From Acidimicrobiia bacterium (lineage in GTDB: Bacteria; Actinomycetota; Acidimicrobiia; IMCC26256; PALSA-610): 64,000 nt of DNA. The position numbers were made by a program, and so were the translations under genes. Position 1 is the first letter of the stretch, and each line of letters begins with the position of its first letter. The stretch is from positions 65,931 to 129,930 of the forward strand of contig JBBQER010000001.1 in NCBI GenBank assembly GCA_038320885.1, in the 5' to 3' direction. Shown one piece after another: positions 20,402 through 29,964 of the stretch. The notes under the pieces are model-generated. The model had not been told where the DNA came from, made no database searches, and saw nothing but the letters and a program-made list of their open reading frames with translations.

Positions 20402-21094
20402 GTGGTCGTGCCCTCCCCCCTCCCTCGTTCCAAGAAGCTCCGGACGGCGTTGCTCATGGCCGGCTCCGTCGTTTTCGTGGGTGTCGTTGCCGCGATCCTC
20501 GTGAGCACGGCCGACTCCGGCACCAAGCACACGCCCGCCAAGACGAAGCCGAAGCAGCAAGTGGTCGCCGATGCCAAGAAGCAGTCGCTGAAGTTGGTGT
20601 TGGGCCGGGTCGTCGTGCAGAACACCGGGTTCCCGGCCGCGATTCGCCCACCCGTCCGGCGGGCGGTGATGGCCGCGACGCAGCGGTACTTCGATCGGGC
20701 GATCCAGGCGCCACTGCAGACCGGCAAGGTCAACCCCGGGTTCACGAGGTTGTTCGACACCGGCGTGAACGGGCTCGCGGCGCGCCGCGATCGGGCCACA
20801 TTGACCGAAGCCGCGACCGGCCCGATTCGCTCGCCCGTGCGTATCGCCTCCTCCCGCGTACGCATGGACGGTCTCGGTGACCCGAGCGGCAAGGTCGCCC
20901 TCGTCGCCACCTCGTTCACGCTCCAGGTCAACGCGGGAACGCCGACCGGCAAGCTGAAGATCAATCGTCATACCGAGCTGACGTTCGCGTACGAGTCGGG
21001 CCAGTGGCGCGTCACCGCGTATCGCGTGACGGTACGGCGATCGATCGGCCCCAAGACCAGATCGACCACTGCGCACTCCGGACCCGCCGCATGA
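20402..21094 (+). CDS. Hypothetical membrane-anchored protein
   Basis: N-terminal TM LLMAGSVVFVGVVAAILV followed by a ~190-aa extracytoplasmic domain. ATGA overlap with the LCP gene. Start position is uncertain. Confidence 0.55.
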   Translation: MVVPSPLPRSKKLRTALLMAGSVVFVGVVAAILVSTADSGTKHTPAKTKPKQQVVADAKKQSLKLVLGRVVVQNTGFPAAIRPPVRRAVMAATQRYFDRAIQAPLQTGKVNPGFTRLFDTGVNGLAARRDRATLTEAATGPIRSPVRIASSRVRMDGLGDPSGKVALVATSFTLQVNAGTPTGKLKINRHTELTFAYESGQWRVTAYRVTVRRSIGPKTRSTTAHSGPAA

Positions 21095-22035
21095 GATTGC
21101 ACCGAAACGCCCGCCGGACTCGGACTCCGGTACAACGGCTGAAGCGTGCGCTGCTCGCGGCCTGCGCGTTCATGCTCGCGTTCACACTCGGCATCGCGGG
21201 GTTGGGCGCGGCGTGGCTCGCCGGGTACAAGTTGCCGTTCGCGTCGGGCGCCACCTACTTGAGCGTGCAGAAGCTCCAGACCGACGGTGATGCCGACCAG
21301 TCGAATTCGCCGACGGCTCCGTTCTTCGTGCTCATGGTCGGCAATGACGACCGTCCGGGCGTCGGCGGCGCTCGCGGCGACGCGCTCCATCTCGTCGGGG
21401 TGAATCCACAGCTGCACAAGGCGACGATGCTCAACATCCCGCGCGACACGTGCTGGAACGGCGACAAGATCAACGCCGCCAACGCGCAGGGCGGCGGACC
21501 GGCGCAGGCTGCCGCCGTCGGCGGGCTCGTTGGTGTGTCGGTGAGCTATGTCGTCGACGTCAACTTCGACAAGTTCACAGCGCTCGTCGACGGCGTGGGT
21601 GGTGTGATGCTCAACGTTCCCACCGAGATGCACGACAGCTACTCCGGCGCCTACTTCCACCCCGGTATGCAGCGCATGAACGGTGCGGCGGCGTTGTCGT
21701 TCTCACGCGACCGCCACGACTTCCCGTCGAGCGACATCATCCGGACCGGCAACCAGGGCCTCCTGATCCTCGCTGCGATCACGCAACTCCAACAGCAGGC
21801 GTCGACGGCCGGCGGGCAATTCCACCTCATCAGCTTGCTCTACCAGCACGCGGATCTCTCGGGCCTCGGTCTCATGGACCTCTACCGGCTCGGCCGCATC
21901 ATGTACCGGATCCCGCCCGGCGCGGTTCGCTCGGCGACCATCCCGATCGGCGGTGGCGGCTGTCTGAGCCTCGGCGGTGATGCCGCGGGATTCTTCGCCG
22001 ACTTCCGCGACGACGCCGTGCTCGAAAGTCACTGA
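21091..22035 (+). CDS. LytR-CpsA-Psr (LCP) family cell-envelope phosphotransferase
   Basis: N-terminal TM, then FFVLMVGNDDRPG...RGDALHLVGVNP...MLNIPRD...VNFDKFTALVDGVGGV and RTGNQGLL motifs. Confidence 0.85.
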   Translation: MRLHRNARRTRTPVQRLKRALLAACAFMLAFTLGIAGLGAAWLAGYKLPFASGATYLSVQKLQTDGDADQSNSPTAPFFVLMVGNDDRPGVGGARGDALHLVGVNPQLHKATMLNIPRDTCWNGDKINAANAQGGGPAQAAAVGGLVGVSVSYVVDVNFDKFTALVDGVGGVMLNVPTEMHDSYSGAYFHPGMQRMNGAAALSFSRDRHDFPSSDIIRTGNQGLLILAAITQLQQQASTAGGQFHLISLLYQHADLSGLGLMDLYRLGRIMYRIPPGAVRSATIPIGGGGCLSLGGDAAGFFADFRDDAVLESH

Positions 22036-22053
22036 CGCGTCGCGGACAACGCC

Positions 22054-23238
22054 TCAGCCGAGTCGCAGCGTCTCGAGCGGTTCGAGCCGCGCGGCTTTGA
22101 CCGACGGGTAGAGGCCCGCGATAACCGACACCGCCAACGCGAGGCTCATCCAGATCGGGATCCGGCTGTAGGCGATCACGACGACCCAATTCGCGAACGA
22201 CGAGACGAGATAGACAACGCCGACCCCGACTGCGGCCCCGAGGATCCCGCCGAGCACGCCGACGAACAGCGACTCGAGCAGGAATTGCAGCCCGATCTTC
22301 GAGCGGCTGTGACCGACCGCGCGACGGATGCCGATTTCGGACGAGCGTTGGATCACCGAGATCGACATGACGTTCGCGATACCGAGACCGCCGACCGTCA
22401 ACGCCAACAAGCCCGCGAACAGCGCGGTCTGTTGCAGCGTCTTGTCGGCTTGCGACGCGGCTTGCAGCACGTCGCTCGGCACCTTGGTCGAGACCTGATC
22501 GGGTCCGCCGAGGTTGATTGCGGTGGGAATCGCGTCGGCCGTCGCCTGCGTGTCTCCGGGCTTCGAGCGCACGTACAGCTGGTTCGGCTTTCCGTCGGTC
22601 GAGAACACGTGCTTGGCCGCCCACTGCGTCACGAACACCGCGTTGTCGAGATCGGGATCGAGCGCGACCGTGCCGAGCACCCCGACGACGCCGAAGTTCG
22701 TGTTATTGAGCCGGATCGTTCGATTCTCGCCGCCCAGGTACGCGTATTGCCGCGCGAGACCGGCACCCAGCACGACCGACCGTGCGTGCAGCTTGTTGTC
22801 GGAAGCGCTCAACCAGCGACCGTTGATCACCGGTACGTCGAGCACCGAGGGCAGCTTGAGGTCGGCGGCGCGCACGGGGACCGGGAACGCTTGGTAATAG
22901 TCGCTGCCACCCTGGGTCGGGATCGCGGTCACCTGGGACAGGTTCGTGGTCGCGGCCGCGCCCGTCACCGAAGAGATCGCCTTCACGCGGGTGACCGCGT
23001 CGCTCGGGAAGGTGGGGTTCTGCGAGCCGAACGAGCCGCCCGCGTTCGCAATGATCAAGTTGGTGCCGAGCGTCGAGAGCTTCTGTTTCAGATCACCCTT
23101 TGCGCTCTCGGTGAGACCGACCGCGCCGACCATCGCCGCCACTCCGACGATCGGGCCGAGCATGATCAGGAGCGTGCGGATCTTGCGCGCGGAAAGTCCG
23201 GTCCAGGCGACACCGAGAAGATCGCGGAACCGGCTCAT
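22054..23238 (-). CDS. ABC transporter permease, MacB/FtsX type
   Basis: 394 aa. TM1, a ~220-aa extracytoplasmic domain, then three C-terminal TM segments (FtsX-like). Confidence 0.88.
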   Translation of the reverse strand: MSRFRDLLGVAWTGLSARKIRTLLIMLGPIVGVAAMVGAVGLTESAKGDLKQKLSTLGTNLIIANAGGSFGSQNPTFPSDAVTRVKAISSVTGAAATTNLSQVTAIPTQGGSDYYQAFPVPVRAADLKLPSVLDVPVINGRWLSASDNKLHARSVVLGAGLARQYAYLGGENRTIRLNNTNFGVVGVLGTVALDPDLDNAVFVTQWAAKHVFSTDGKPNQLYVRSKPGDTQATADAIPTAINLGGPDQVSTKVPSDVLQAASQADKTLQQTALFAGLLALTVGGLGIANVMSISVIQRSSEIGIRRAVGHSRSKIGLQFLLESLFVGVLGGILGAAVGVGVVYLVSSFANWVVVIAYSRIPIWMSLALAVSVIAGLYPSVKAARLEPLETLRLG

Positions 23239-23251
23239 CGCACGCCCTCGA

Positions 23252-23950
23252 TCACGCGCCCACGGGCACGACGCGCTCGTCGGAAACGATCTGCCCGTCT
23301 CGCATCGACACTTTTCGACGGGCGGTGGCCGCGACGGCTTGATCGTGGGTCACCATCACGACCGCGCGCTCCGGAGTTTCGAGGCCCTTGAAGATCTCGA
23401 GCACGTGCGCGGCGTTGACGGAGTCGAGCGCGCCGGTGGGCTCGTCGGCGAGGATCATGAGCGGGTCGGTCACGATCGCGCGAGCGAGCGCGACGCGCTG
23501 CTGCTCACCACCTGACATCTGAACCGGCCGGTGCTCCGCGCGGGGACCGAGGCCGAGCTGCTCGAGCGCGGCGTACGCGCGCTCGCGCCGCTGCCGAGGC
23601 CGCATGTCGCGGTAGAGAAGCGCGGTCTCGACATTGCCGAGCGCGGTGAGATGGGGGATGAGGTGGAACTGCTGGAACACGAATCCGATCGAGTTGCCGC
23701 GTAGCCGCGAGCGCGTCGCGTCCTCGAGCTCGCTCACGTCTTGGCCGGCGATACGGATCGTTCCCGACGTCGGGAGATCGAGCACACCGAGCAGCCCCAG
23801 CATCGTCGACTTCCCGGAACCCGACGGTCCGACAATCGACATGAAGTCGCCGGGGAGAATCTGCAACGAAACATCGCGCAGCGCGTAGACCTCGACTTCC
23901 TCGCCGTAGACACGCGACACGCGTTCGAGCTCGAGCAGGGGCTGCGTCAT
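23252..23950 (-). CDS. ABC transporter ATP-binding protein (MacB/LolD-like)
   Basis: Walker [10 protein letters not shown], signature MSGGEQQR and Walker [17 protein letters not shown] overlap with the adaptor gene. Confidence 0.93.
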   Translation of the reverse strand: MTQPLLELERVSRVYGEEVEVYALRDVSLQILPGDFMSIVGPSGSGKSTMLGLLGVLDLPTSGTIRIAGQDVSELEDATRSRLRGNSIGFVFQQFHLIPHLTALGNVETALLYRDMRPRQRRERAYAALEQLGLGPRAEHRPVQMSGGEQQRVALARAIVTDPLMILADEPTGALDSVNAAHVLEIFKGLETPERAVVMVTHDQAVAATARRKVSMRDGQIVSDERVVPVGA

Positions 23951-26421
23951 TGCGGCTGGTCGACCTCGACGATCACCGTCTCATTGCCCTTCAGGCCCTT
24001 CTTGATCTGGATGTACGAGCCTTCGGTGAGACCGGTCTCGACCGGCGTCTCCTTGACCTTGCCGCGGTTGTTCAGATCGATGACGCGCACGACGTCTACG
24101 CCGGTCCCGTTCTGCTTGACCGCCGCGATCGGGACCGTGATCGCGCTGGTCTCCTGCTGATCGACCACCTTGATCGTCACCGCCGCGCCGTCGGCGGCGC
24201 CGAGATCGCCGACCTCGATCTTTCCCTCGTACACCTGTTGTTGCTGACCGCCGGGCGACGCGGCGTCGAGCGACGTGAGGTTCGAGTCGAGCTCGGAGAT
24301 CGTGCCCGCTTCCTCGGTGACGCCGCCGGCCAACGTGACCGTGCAGTGCTGACCGACCTTCAACTTCGTTCGGTCGGAGGCCGACGCCTGGAGCGTCACC
24401 GTGAAGTTCGGATCCGTGAGCGACATCACGGGCGTACCGGGCGGGACCGGATCGCCTTCCTTCACGAACACCTGCCCGACTCGGATCGGCCAGGTGCCGA
24501 CGATCATGTCCGTGGGCACGAACACCACGTCTTTCTGGATCGAACGCAGTGTCACCGTCACCGAGGTCTGCCCGGCGCGCAGGAGCGCGGTGCCGAGGAG
24601 CGGCTCGAAGTCCTGACCGGGCTGCGCGGTCCCGACCGCTTGATAGTTGACCGACGTGTCCTCGACCGGTGCCTGGTCGGCGCGGATGGTGAACGTCGCC
24701 GCGCCACCCTCGGACACCTGTTGCGTGTTGCCCGTGATCGTGAGCTCCGGAGTCACCTGCGATTCGATGGTGACCTGCGCGCTGTTCGGCGACCCGATTT
24801 GGTATGACGAATTCGCCGCGACCGCGACGATCAATACCCGATCCGACTCGACACTCTTGTCGACGACCGTCGGGATCACGACCGGCAACGCGGTTTGGCC
24901 GGGCGGGACGACGAGCGTGCCCCCCGGGAGCGTGAAGTCGGTGCCCTGCGCGGCGTTGCCGCCGTACGCCAACACGATTGTCAACGGAACACTCAGCGCC
25001 TGGCTCAAGCTGAGCGTCACGTTGTACGGCTGACCCTTCACGAGATTGGTCGCGGCCGCTCGCAGCGTCACGATCGGGAGCGCGGAGTTTCCAGTCGCGC
25101 CCTGGATCGTGATCACGGCGATACCCGGCGCGCCCACGCTGTACTGCGTCGGCGCGGGAGTGAGCGAGGCAACGATGTGACGATCCGACTGGATCACACT
25201 CGTCGGCAACGTCCGGATCGTCACGCTCGCCGACGTTTGGCCGGCGCGCATCTTCAACACCGGATTCACCGTTTGGTAGTCGGTGCCGGGAATGGCGTCG
25301 CCGGCGAGCGTCACGCTGATCTGCGTGTCGTGTACCGGCGCCTGGTCGGCGGTGACGACCAGCGTCGCCGAGCCTCCGGGTGTGACGGTCCCGCCGCCGT
25401 TGATGCGCATCGTCGGGACGTTGCTGTTGATGATCGTCGTGAGCGCGCGGTTCGGCGAGCCAACGGAGTAGCCCGTTCCGCCGGCGAGAGAGAGCGTGAG
25501 CGTCTTGCTCGGCTTCACGACCTGATCGACGCGCGTCGGAACGGAGACGGACACCGATGTGGTGTTCATCGGCAACGTGACCGACGCCGGCGGCGTGACG
25601 ATGTCGTTGCCGTTCGCCGTCCCGCCCGAGGTGAGGTTGACCGTGACGTCGGTGGCGGTCGCCTCGGACGCGGTGATCAGGAACGTCGCCGGTGTGCCTT
25701 CGGACACGACCGCGTTCGTCGACTGGATCTTGACCACGGGTACCAGGAGCGGCGTGAGCTCGCCCTCCCCCCGGAATGCCGTGAGCACGCCGTTGTGCGG
25801 GTCGCCCGTCGTCGCGGCGGTCGTCTGCGCGCCGCCCGGTCCGATGATGAGGCCGGCCGCGGTCTGCTTCCCGAGCGTGTAACCGGAACCCTGCGCGAGC
25901 GAGACGGTGACCGACTGCGGCGAGACCGGGGTCGCACCGGGATAGTGGTGCTGGGCCTGCCATTGGGCGAGCGCGAATCGCGTCTGCTCGGTGAACACCG
26001 TGTTCATCGGGCCGGGATTGTCACCGGCGGCCGCGAGGATTCGCTTCAGCTGGAGCACGTCGTCGCCGCGGTCACCGACACCGAGCGGGCGGAAGAACCG
26101 CACCGACCCCGGCTCCGCGATCGCGTCGCGTCCGTCGATCGCGAACAACTTGTCGCCGGCGCGTGCCCTCGAACCGTCCTTCGAGTAAACCGCGCTTATC
26201 CGGCCCTGCGACACCGCGGTCACCTTGCGCAGCTCTTGACGCGCGAGCGTGCCGGTCAGCGTCACGGTGTCCTGCAAGGTGCGCCGCTCGACGTCGGCCA
26301 GGATGACCAGCGGCTTCTTCTTCGCCGAGTCGCTCCCGCCCCATTGCGCGTAGCCCGCGCCGGCGCCCGCGACCACGAGGACCAGGACCAAGATCCCGGC
26401 CCACACCTTTTTGTTGCCCAC
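23947..26421 (-). CDS. Membrane-fusion (HlyD-family) adaptor with a PG-binding module and four Calx-beta-like repeats
   Basis: 824 aa from GTG 26421 (TTG 26427 is an alternative). The TM anchor, split lipoyl-like halves and C-terminal beta-barrel/membrane-proximal domains are typical of MFPs. The central ~520 aa is an atypical insertion. Confidence 0.8.
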   Translation of the reverse strand: MGNKKVWAGILVLVLVVAGAGAGYAQWGGSDSAKKKPLVILADVERRTLQDTVTLTGTLARQELRKVTAVSQGRISAVYSKDGSRARAGDKLFAIDGRDAIAEPGSVRFFRPLGVGDRGDDVLQLKRILAAAGDNPGPMNTVFTEQTRFALAQWQAQHHYPGATPVSPQSVTVSLAQGSGYTLGKQTAAGLIIGPGGAQTTAATTGDPHNGVLTAFRGEGELTPLLVPVVKIQSTNAVVSEGTPATFLITASEATATDVTVNLTSGGTANGNDIVTPPASVTLPMNTTSVSVSVPTRVDQVVKPSKTLTLSLAGGTGYSVGSPNRALTTIINSNVPTMRINGGGTVTPGGSATLVVTADQAPVHDTQISVTLAGDAIPGTDYQTVNPVLKMRAGQTSASVTIRTLPTSVIQSDRHIVASLTPAPTQYSVGAPGIAVITIQGATGNSALPIVTLRAAATNLVKGQPYNVTLSLSQALSVPLTIVLAYGGNAAQGTDFTLPGGTLVVPPGQTALPVVIPTVVDKSVESDRVLIVAVAANSSYQIGSPNSAQVTIESQVTPELTITGNTQQVSEGGAATFTIRADQAPVEDTSVNYQAVGTAQPGQDFEPLLGTALLRAGQTSVTVTLRSIQKDVVFVPTDMIVGTWPIRVGQVFVKEGDPVPPGTPVMSLTDPNFTVTLQASASDRTKLKVGQHCTVTLAGGVTEEAGTISELDSNLTSLDAASPGGQQQQVYEGKIEVGDLGAADGAAVTIKVVDQQETSAITVPIAAVKQNGTGVDVVRVIDLNNRGKVKETPVETGLTEGSYIQIKKGLKGNETVIVEVDQPQ

Positions 26422-26423
26422 CG

Positions 26424-27179
26424 TCAACCGCCCGTAGTTGTCGTCGCCTCGGGGACCTTTTTGGACGCCTCGATGGCGCAGTCCTGCACGTCGCTGCTCG
26501 TGATGATGTCTTCGCCCGGGGGTGGTGTGAAGTTCGGCGCCCCGCCCCCGCTGGTCGCACCGCTGATCGAGAAGAGCAGACCCTTGGAGTCGGGTTTCGG
26601 CTCCGGGATCCCCCAGCCGCGCCCGATCATGCACGTCCGCCACGCCAAGAAGGCCTTGTTCTGAACCTTGACCTCAGCCGGCGTGAGGTTCGCCTGGAAC
26701 GTGCCGTAGTCCTTCAGCGCCGCGAGGATGTTGCTCTTGGCCGCGCACTTCCCCAACGCGTCGAGGTAGTTCTTGTCGTTGGTGGGCGACTTCGGATTGC
26801 TCGCGTCGGGAACCCCGATGAACTTCACGCCGAGGCCCTTGAGGCACGAGGAGAACGTGCTGAGCGACGAGAAGAACTTCGTCTGCGGATCTTGCTTGGC
26901 GAGCGGGATGGTGTCGCCGGTCGCACCCGTCGCGCCGCTCGCGCCGCTCGCGCCGCTCGCGTCGGCGGAGGCGACCGCGGTCGCGGGCCGGATCGCTCCG
27001 CTCTTGGTGACCTTCCAGCCGGCCGGCAGCTGGATGTTGACCTGACCGGCGTCGATCGTGTTGGTCGTCAGCGACGACGACTTCGAGCTACTCCCGCATC
27101 CCGCCGCCACGGTGAGAACCAGCACGGCGCCGAGCGCGAGGCGCGTCCCAGCTCCGGTTTTCGTCAGTCGATCGCCCAC
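26424..27179 (-). CDS. Putative secreted lipoprotein, first gene of the ABC exporter operon
   Basis: Lipobox LTVAAG-C after a positively charged N-terminus. The GTG at 27179 follows a G-rich RBS. The stop overlaps the adaptor start region. Confidence 0.65.
   Translation of the reverse strand: MGDRLTKTGAGTRLALGAVLVLTVAAGCGSSSKSSSLTTNTIDAGQVNIQLPAGWKVTKSGAIRPATAVASADASGASGASGATGATGDTIPLAKQDPQTKFFSSLSTFSSCLKGLGVKFIGVPDASNPKSPTNDKNYLDALGKCAAKSNILAALKDYGTFQANLTPAEVKVQNKAFLAWRTCMIGRGWGIPEPKPDSKGLLFSISGATSGGGAPNFTPPPGEDIITSSDVQDCAIEASKKVPEATTTTGG
26931..26961. repeat. 9-bp tandem repeat (CGCGCCGCT x3.4) within the lipoprotein gene
   Basis: Read directly from the sequence. It encodes the (SGA)n tract DASGASGASGATGATG. 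Confidence 0.6.
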
Positions 27180-27344
27180 CAGACCCCCTGGGCTCGGACA
27201 CAATGCGGTCAGCCTCGAGGTGATGATGCACCTTCACCCGTCGCGTCGGCGTTAGCTGAGGGTAGGGCCGAACGCCCGCGCGAGCCAGACAGCGGCCGTC
27301 CGATTCGACTCGGGCGTCGCAGGTGGTCGATACCCTCGCCTCAG

Positions 27345-29630
27345 ATGGACGCGTGCGCCACACTCGACGCGCTCGCCGCCGACCCCGAGCTCGCCGGCCG
27401 GCTCGTGCACCGCGAGATCCTCCCCGCGCGCGCGGCAGAGTTCGCCGATCTGGCCGTCCCGCTGCCGGCCGAGGTCTCCGGCCGCATCGCCGCGCGCGGG
27501 ATCGAACGGCTCTACACGCACCAGGCCGCCGCGATCGACCTCCTCCGGGCCGGATCGAGCGTCGCGATCGCGACGGGCACCGCCTCCGGGAAGTCGCTCT
27601 GCTATCAGGTGCCGATCGTCGAGTCGGTCGTGGAAGACCGGCGCGACACCGCGTTGCTGATCTTCCCGACCAAGGCGCTCGCCCACGACCAGCTCCGCGC
27701 GCTGCGATCGTGGCTGATGCCCGGTTTGCGGGCGGTCACGTTCGACGGCGACACCAGCACCGACGACCGCTCGTGGGCGCGCAAGAACGCCAACGTCGTG
27801 CTGACGAATCCCGACATGCTCCACGTCGGGATCCTGCCCTCGCATCAACGCTGGGCGACGTTCATGATGCGGCTGCGCTACGTCGTCGTCGACGAGCTCC
27901 ATACCCAGCGCGGGATCTTCGGCAGTCATGTCGCGCACGTGCTGCGGCGCTTACGACGCGTCTGTGAGCACTACGGCGCGCACCCGACCTTCTGCTTCGC
28001 GAGCGCGACCATCGGCAATCCGGGTGAGCTCGCGACCGAGCTGTGCGGCCTTCCCGTTGAGCAGATCGATCACGACGGGTCGCCACGATCCGAACGGGTG
28101 CTCGCGTGCTGGCAGCGACCGCTGCTCGACGAGCACTCCGGCGCGCGCTCGTCGGCGAACTTCGAGACCGCCGAGTTGTTGTCGCGTTTCGTGCGCGCGG
28201 GTCATCCGACGCTCGCGTTCACGCGCAGTCGCCGGGGCGCGGAGCTGGTCGCGCAACACGCGCGTGGGTTGCTCGAGCAGGCCGAGCGCGGGCTCGGGGC
28301 GCGGGTCGCCGCGTACCGCGCCGGCTATCTCGCATCGGAGCGACGCGAGCTCGAGCTCGACCTCACGAGTGGCCGCCTCCTCGGTGTCGCCGCCACGAAC
28401 GCGCTCGAGCTCGGCATCGACGTCGGCGGCCTCGACGCCGTGGTGCTCAACGGCTTCCCGGGCACCTTGGCGTCGATGTGGCAACAGGCGGGGCGCGCGG
28501 GCCGAACCGATCGGCGCGCCGCCGCGGTGCTGGTTGCCGGAGACGATCAACTCGACCAGTGGTATGTCGCCCACCCCCACGAGCTCACGAGCCGCACCCC
28601 CGAACGCGCGGTCGTGAACCCGCAGAACCCGTTCGTGTTGCGCGCGCAGGTTGCCTGCGCCGCGCACGAGCTCCCGCTCTCGCCCGACGACGTGCGCTGG
28701 TTCGGCGAGGGTCTCGACGATGCCGTGCGTGAGCTCGTGCAATCCGATCAGCTCACGCCCCGCGCCGGACAGATGTACTGGTCGGGAGAACGCGCCCCCG
28801 CGGCGGGCGTCGGCCTCCGCAGTGGATCGGCGGCGGAGTACCGGCTCGTCGACGTGGAGGCCGACCGGATTATCGGAACCGTCGACGAAGCGCGCGTCTT
28901 CGGCGTCGCCCATCCCGGCGCGGTCTACCTGCATCAGGGCCAGCAATACCGCGTGGAGCAGCTCGACCTGCGTGATCACGTGGCGCTGCTCGCGCCCTCC
29001 GACGACGACGAATACACCCAGCCCCGCACCGAGACCGACATCGCGATCGTGGCGGACGAGAAGTGCGCATCGGTCGGCGGCGGCGCCGTAGTGCACCTCG
29101 GCGCCGTGCAGGTGCGCAGCAACGTGATCGCGTTCCAGCGCAAGCAGATCTCCACGAACCGGGTCATCGAGGTGTGCGACCTCGATCTGCCCGAGCGCGC
29201 GCTCGTCACGCGCGCGTGCTGGTACACCGTGCCGGCCGACATCGTGGAACGGGCGGGCATCGCGAGCGGCCGGCTGCTCGGCACCGTGCATGCCGCCGAG
29301 CACGGATTGATCGGGATGCTGCCGCTGTTCACGATCTGCGATCGCTGGGACGTCGGTGGGGTGTCGATGGCCGAGCATCCACAAACCGGTGAACCGACCA
29401 TCTTCGTGTACGACGGCTATCCGGGTGGCGCGGGTATTGCCGAGCTGGCGTTCGAGGCGGCGTCGCGGCACGTGCGCGCGACCCTCGACCTCGTGGCCGC
29501 GTGCCCGTGCGACGACGGGTGCCCATCGTGTGTGCAGTCGCCCAAATGCGGGAACTGGAACGAGTACCTCGACAAGGGCGGCGCGATCACGCTGCTCGTC
29601 CTCATGTCCCGAGCCGCGATCCGCCACTGA
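27345..29630 (+). CDS. DExH-box helicase with C-terminal Zn-finger (DUF1998/MrfA-type) domain
   Basis: ATG at 27345. Motif I ATGTASGKS, motif II VVVDELH, C-terminal CPCDDGCPSCVQSPKCGNWN. The upstream 150 codons of track ORF 26892..29630 were rejected. Confidence 0.9.
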   Translation: MDACATLDALAADPELAGRLVHREILPARAAEFADLAVPLPAEVSGRIAARGIERLYTHQAAAIDLLRAGSSVAIATGTASGKSLCYQVPIVESVVEDRRDTALLIFPTKALAHDQLRALRSWLMPGLRAVTFDGDTSTDDRSWARKNANVVLTNPDMLHVGILPSHQRWATFMMRLRYVVVDELHTQRGIFGSHVAHVLRRLRRVCEHYGAHPTFCFASATIGNPGELATELCGLPVEQIDHDGSPRSERVLACWQRPLLDEHSGARSSANFETAELLSRFVRAGHPTLAFTRSRRGAELVAQHARGLLEQAERGLGARVAAYRAGYLASERRELELDLTSGRLLGVAATNALELGIDVGGLDAVVLNGFPGTLASMWQQAGRAGRTDRRAAAVLVAGDDQLDQWYVAHPHELTSRTPERAVVNPQNPFVLRAQVACAAHELPLSPDDVRWFGEGLDDAVRELVQSDQLTPRAGQMYWSGERAPAAGVGLRSGSAAEYRLVDVEADRIIGTVDEARVFGVAHPGAVYLHQGQQYRVEQLDLRDHVALLAPSDDDEYTQPRTETDIAIVADEKCASVGGGAVVHLGAVQVRSNVIAFQRKQISTNRVIEVCDLDLPERALVTRACWYTVPADIVERAGIASGRLLGTVHAAEHGLIGMLPLFTICDRWDVGGVSMAEHPQTGEPTIFVYDGYPGGAGIAELAFEAASRHVRATLDLVAACPCDDGCPSCVQSPKCGNWNEYLDKGGAITLLVLMSRAAIRH

Positions 29631-29964
29631 GATCGACGACCGCGCGGGCACGACCGTGGGCCCGCCCCAGCCGCACGACGACTTCGGCCGCATCGCCCGC
29701 GCACGCGCACGAAACGAGCCGGGCGCGATTGAGCAACGCGGCCGCCCGCGCCGCGCGCACCGCGTCAGATGATCCGCGGCCGAGCGCGAGCGTGTCGGCA
29801 GCTGCGAGTGCTGCGGCATCCGCAGCAGTGTCGGCCCGCGCTTGGAGGACTGCGGCGCCGCCCACCCGCCCGATACCCAGGCACAGCACGACCGCGATGC
29901 CGACAGCCGCGAGCATCAGGATGCTGACGGCACCGCGCTCGCCCGCGGCCGGATGGCGCGTCAT
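29602..29964 (-). CDS. TadE-like protein of the helicase/secretion neighbourhood
   Basis: 120 aa. ERGAVSILMLAAVGIAVVL anchor, Ala-rich region ADAAALAAADTLALG and a C..CAGDAAEVVV tail. ATGA overlap with the upstream TadE gene. Confidence 0.7.
   Translation of the reverse strand: MTRHPAAGERGAVSILMLAAVGIAVVLCLGIGRVGGAAVLQARADTAADAAALAAADTLALGRGSSDAVRAARAAALLNRARLVSCACAGDAAEVVVRLGRAHGRARAVVDLSGGSRLGT

Noticed and set aside
23981-26664. 660-aa minus-strand (23981..25963) and 589-aa plus-strand (24895..26664) ORFs
   Set aside because: These are alternative or antisense frames of the adaptor gene. Their Arg/Gly-rich products have no domain pattern, whereas the adaptor frame has repeats and MFP motifs.
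27951-29819. 622-aa minus-strand ORF
   Set aside because: It is antisense to the helicase, whose motifs I, II and the Zn module are clear.
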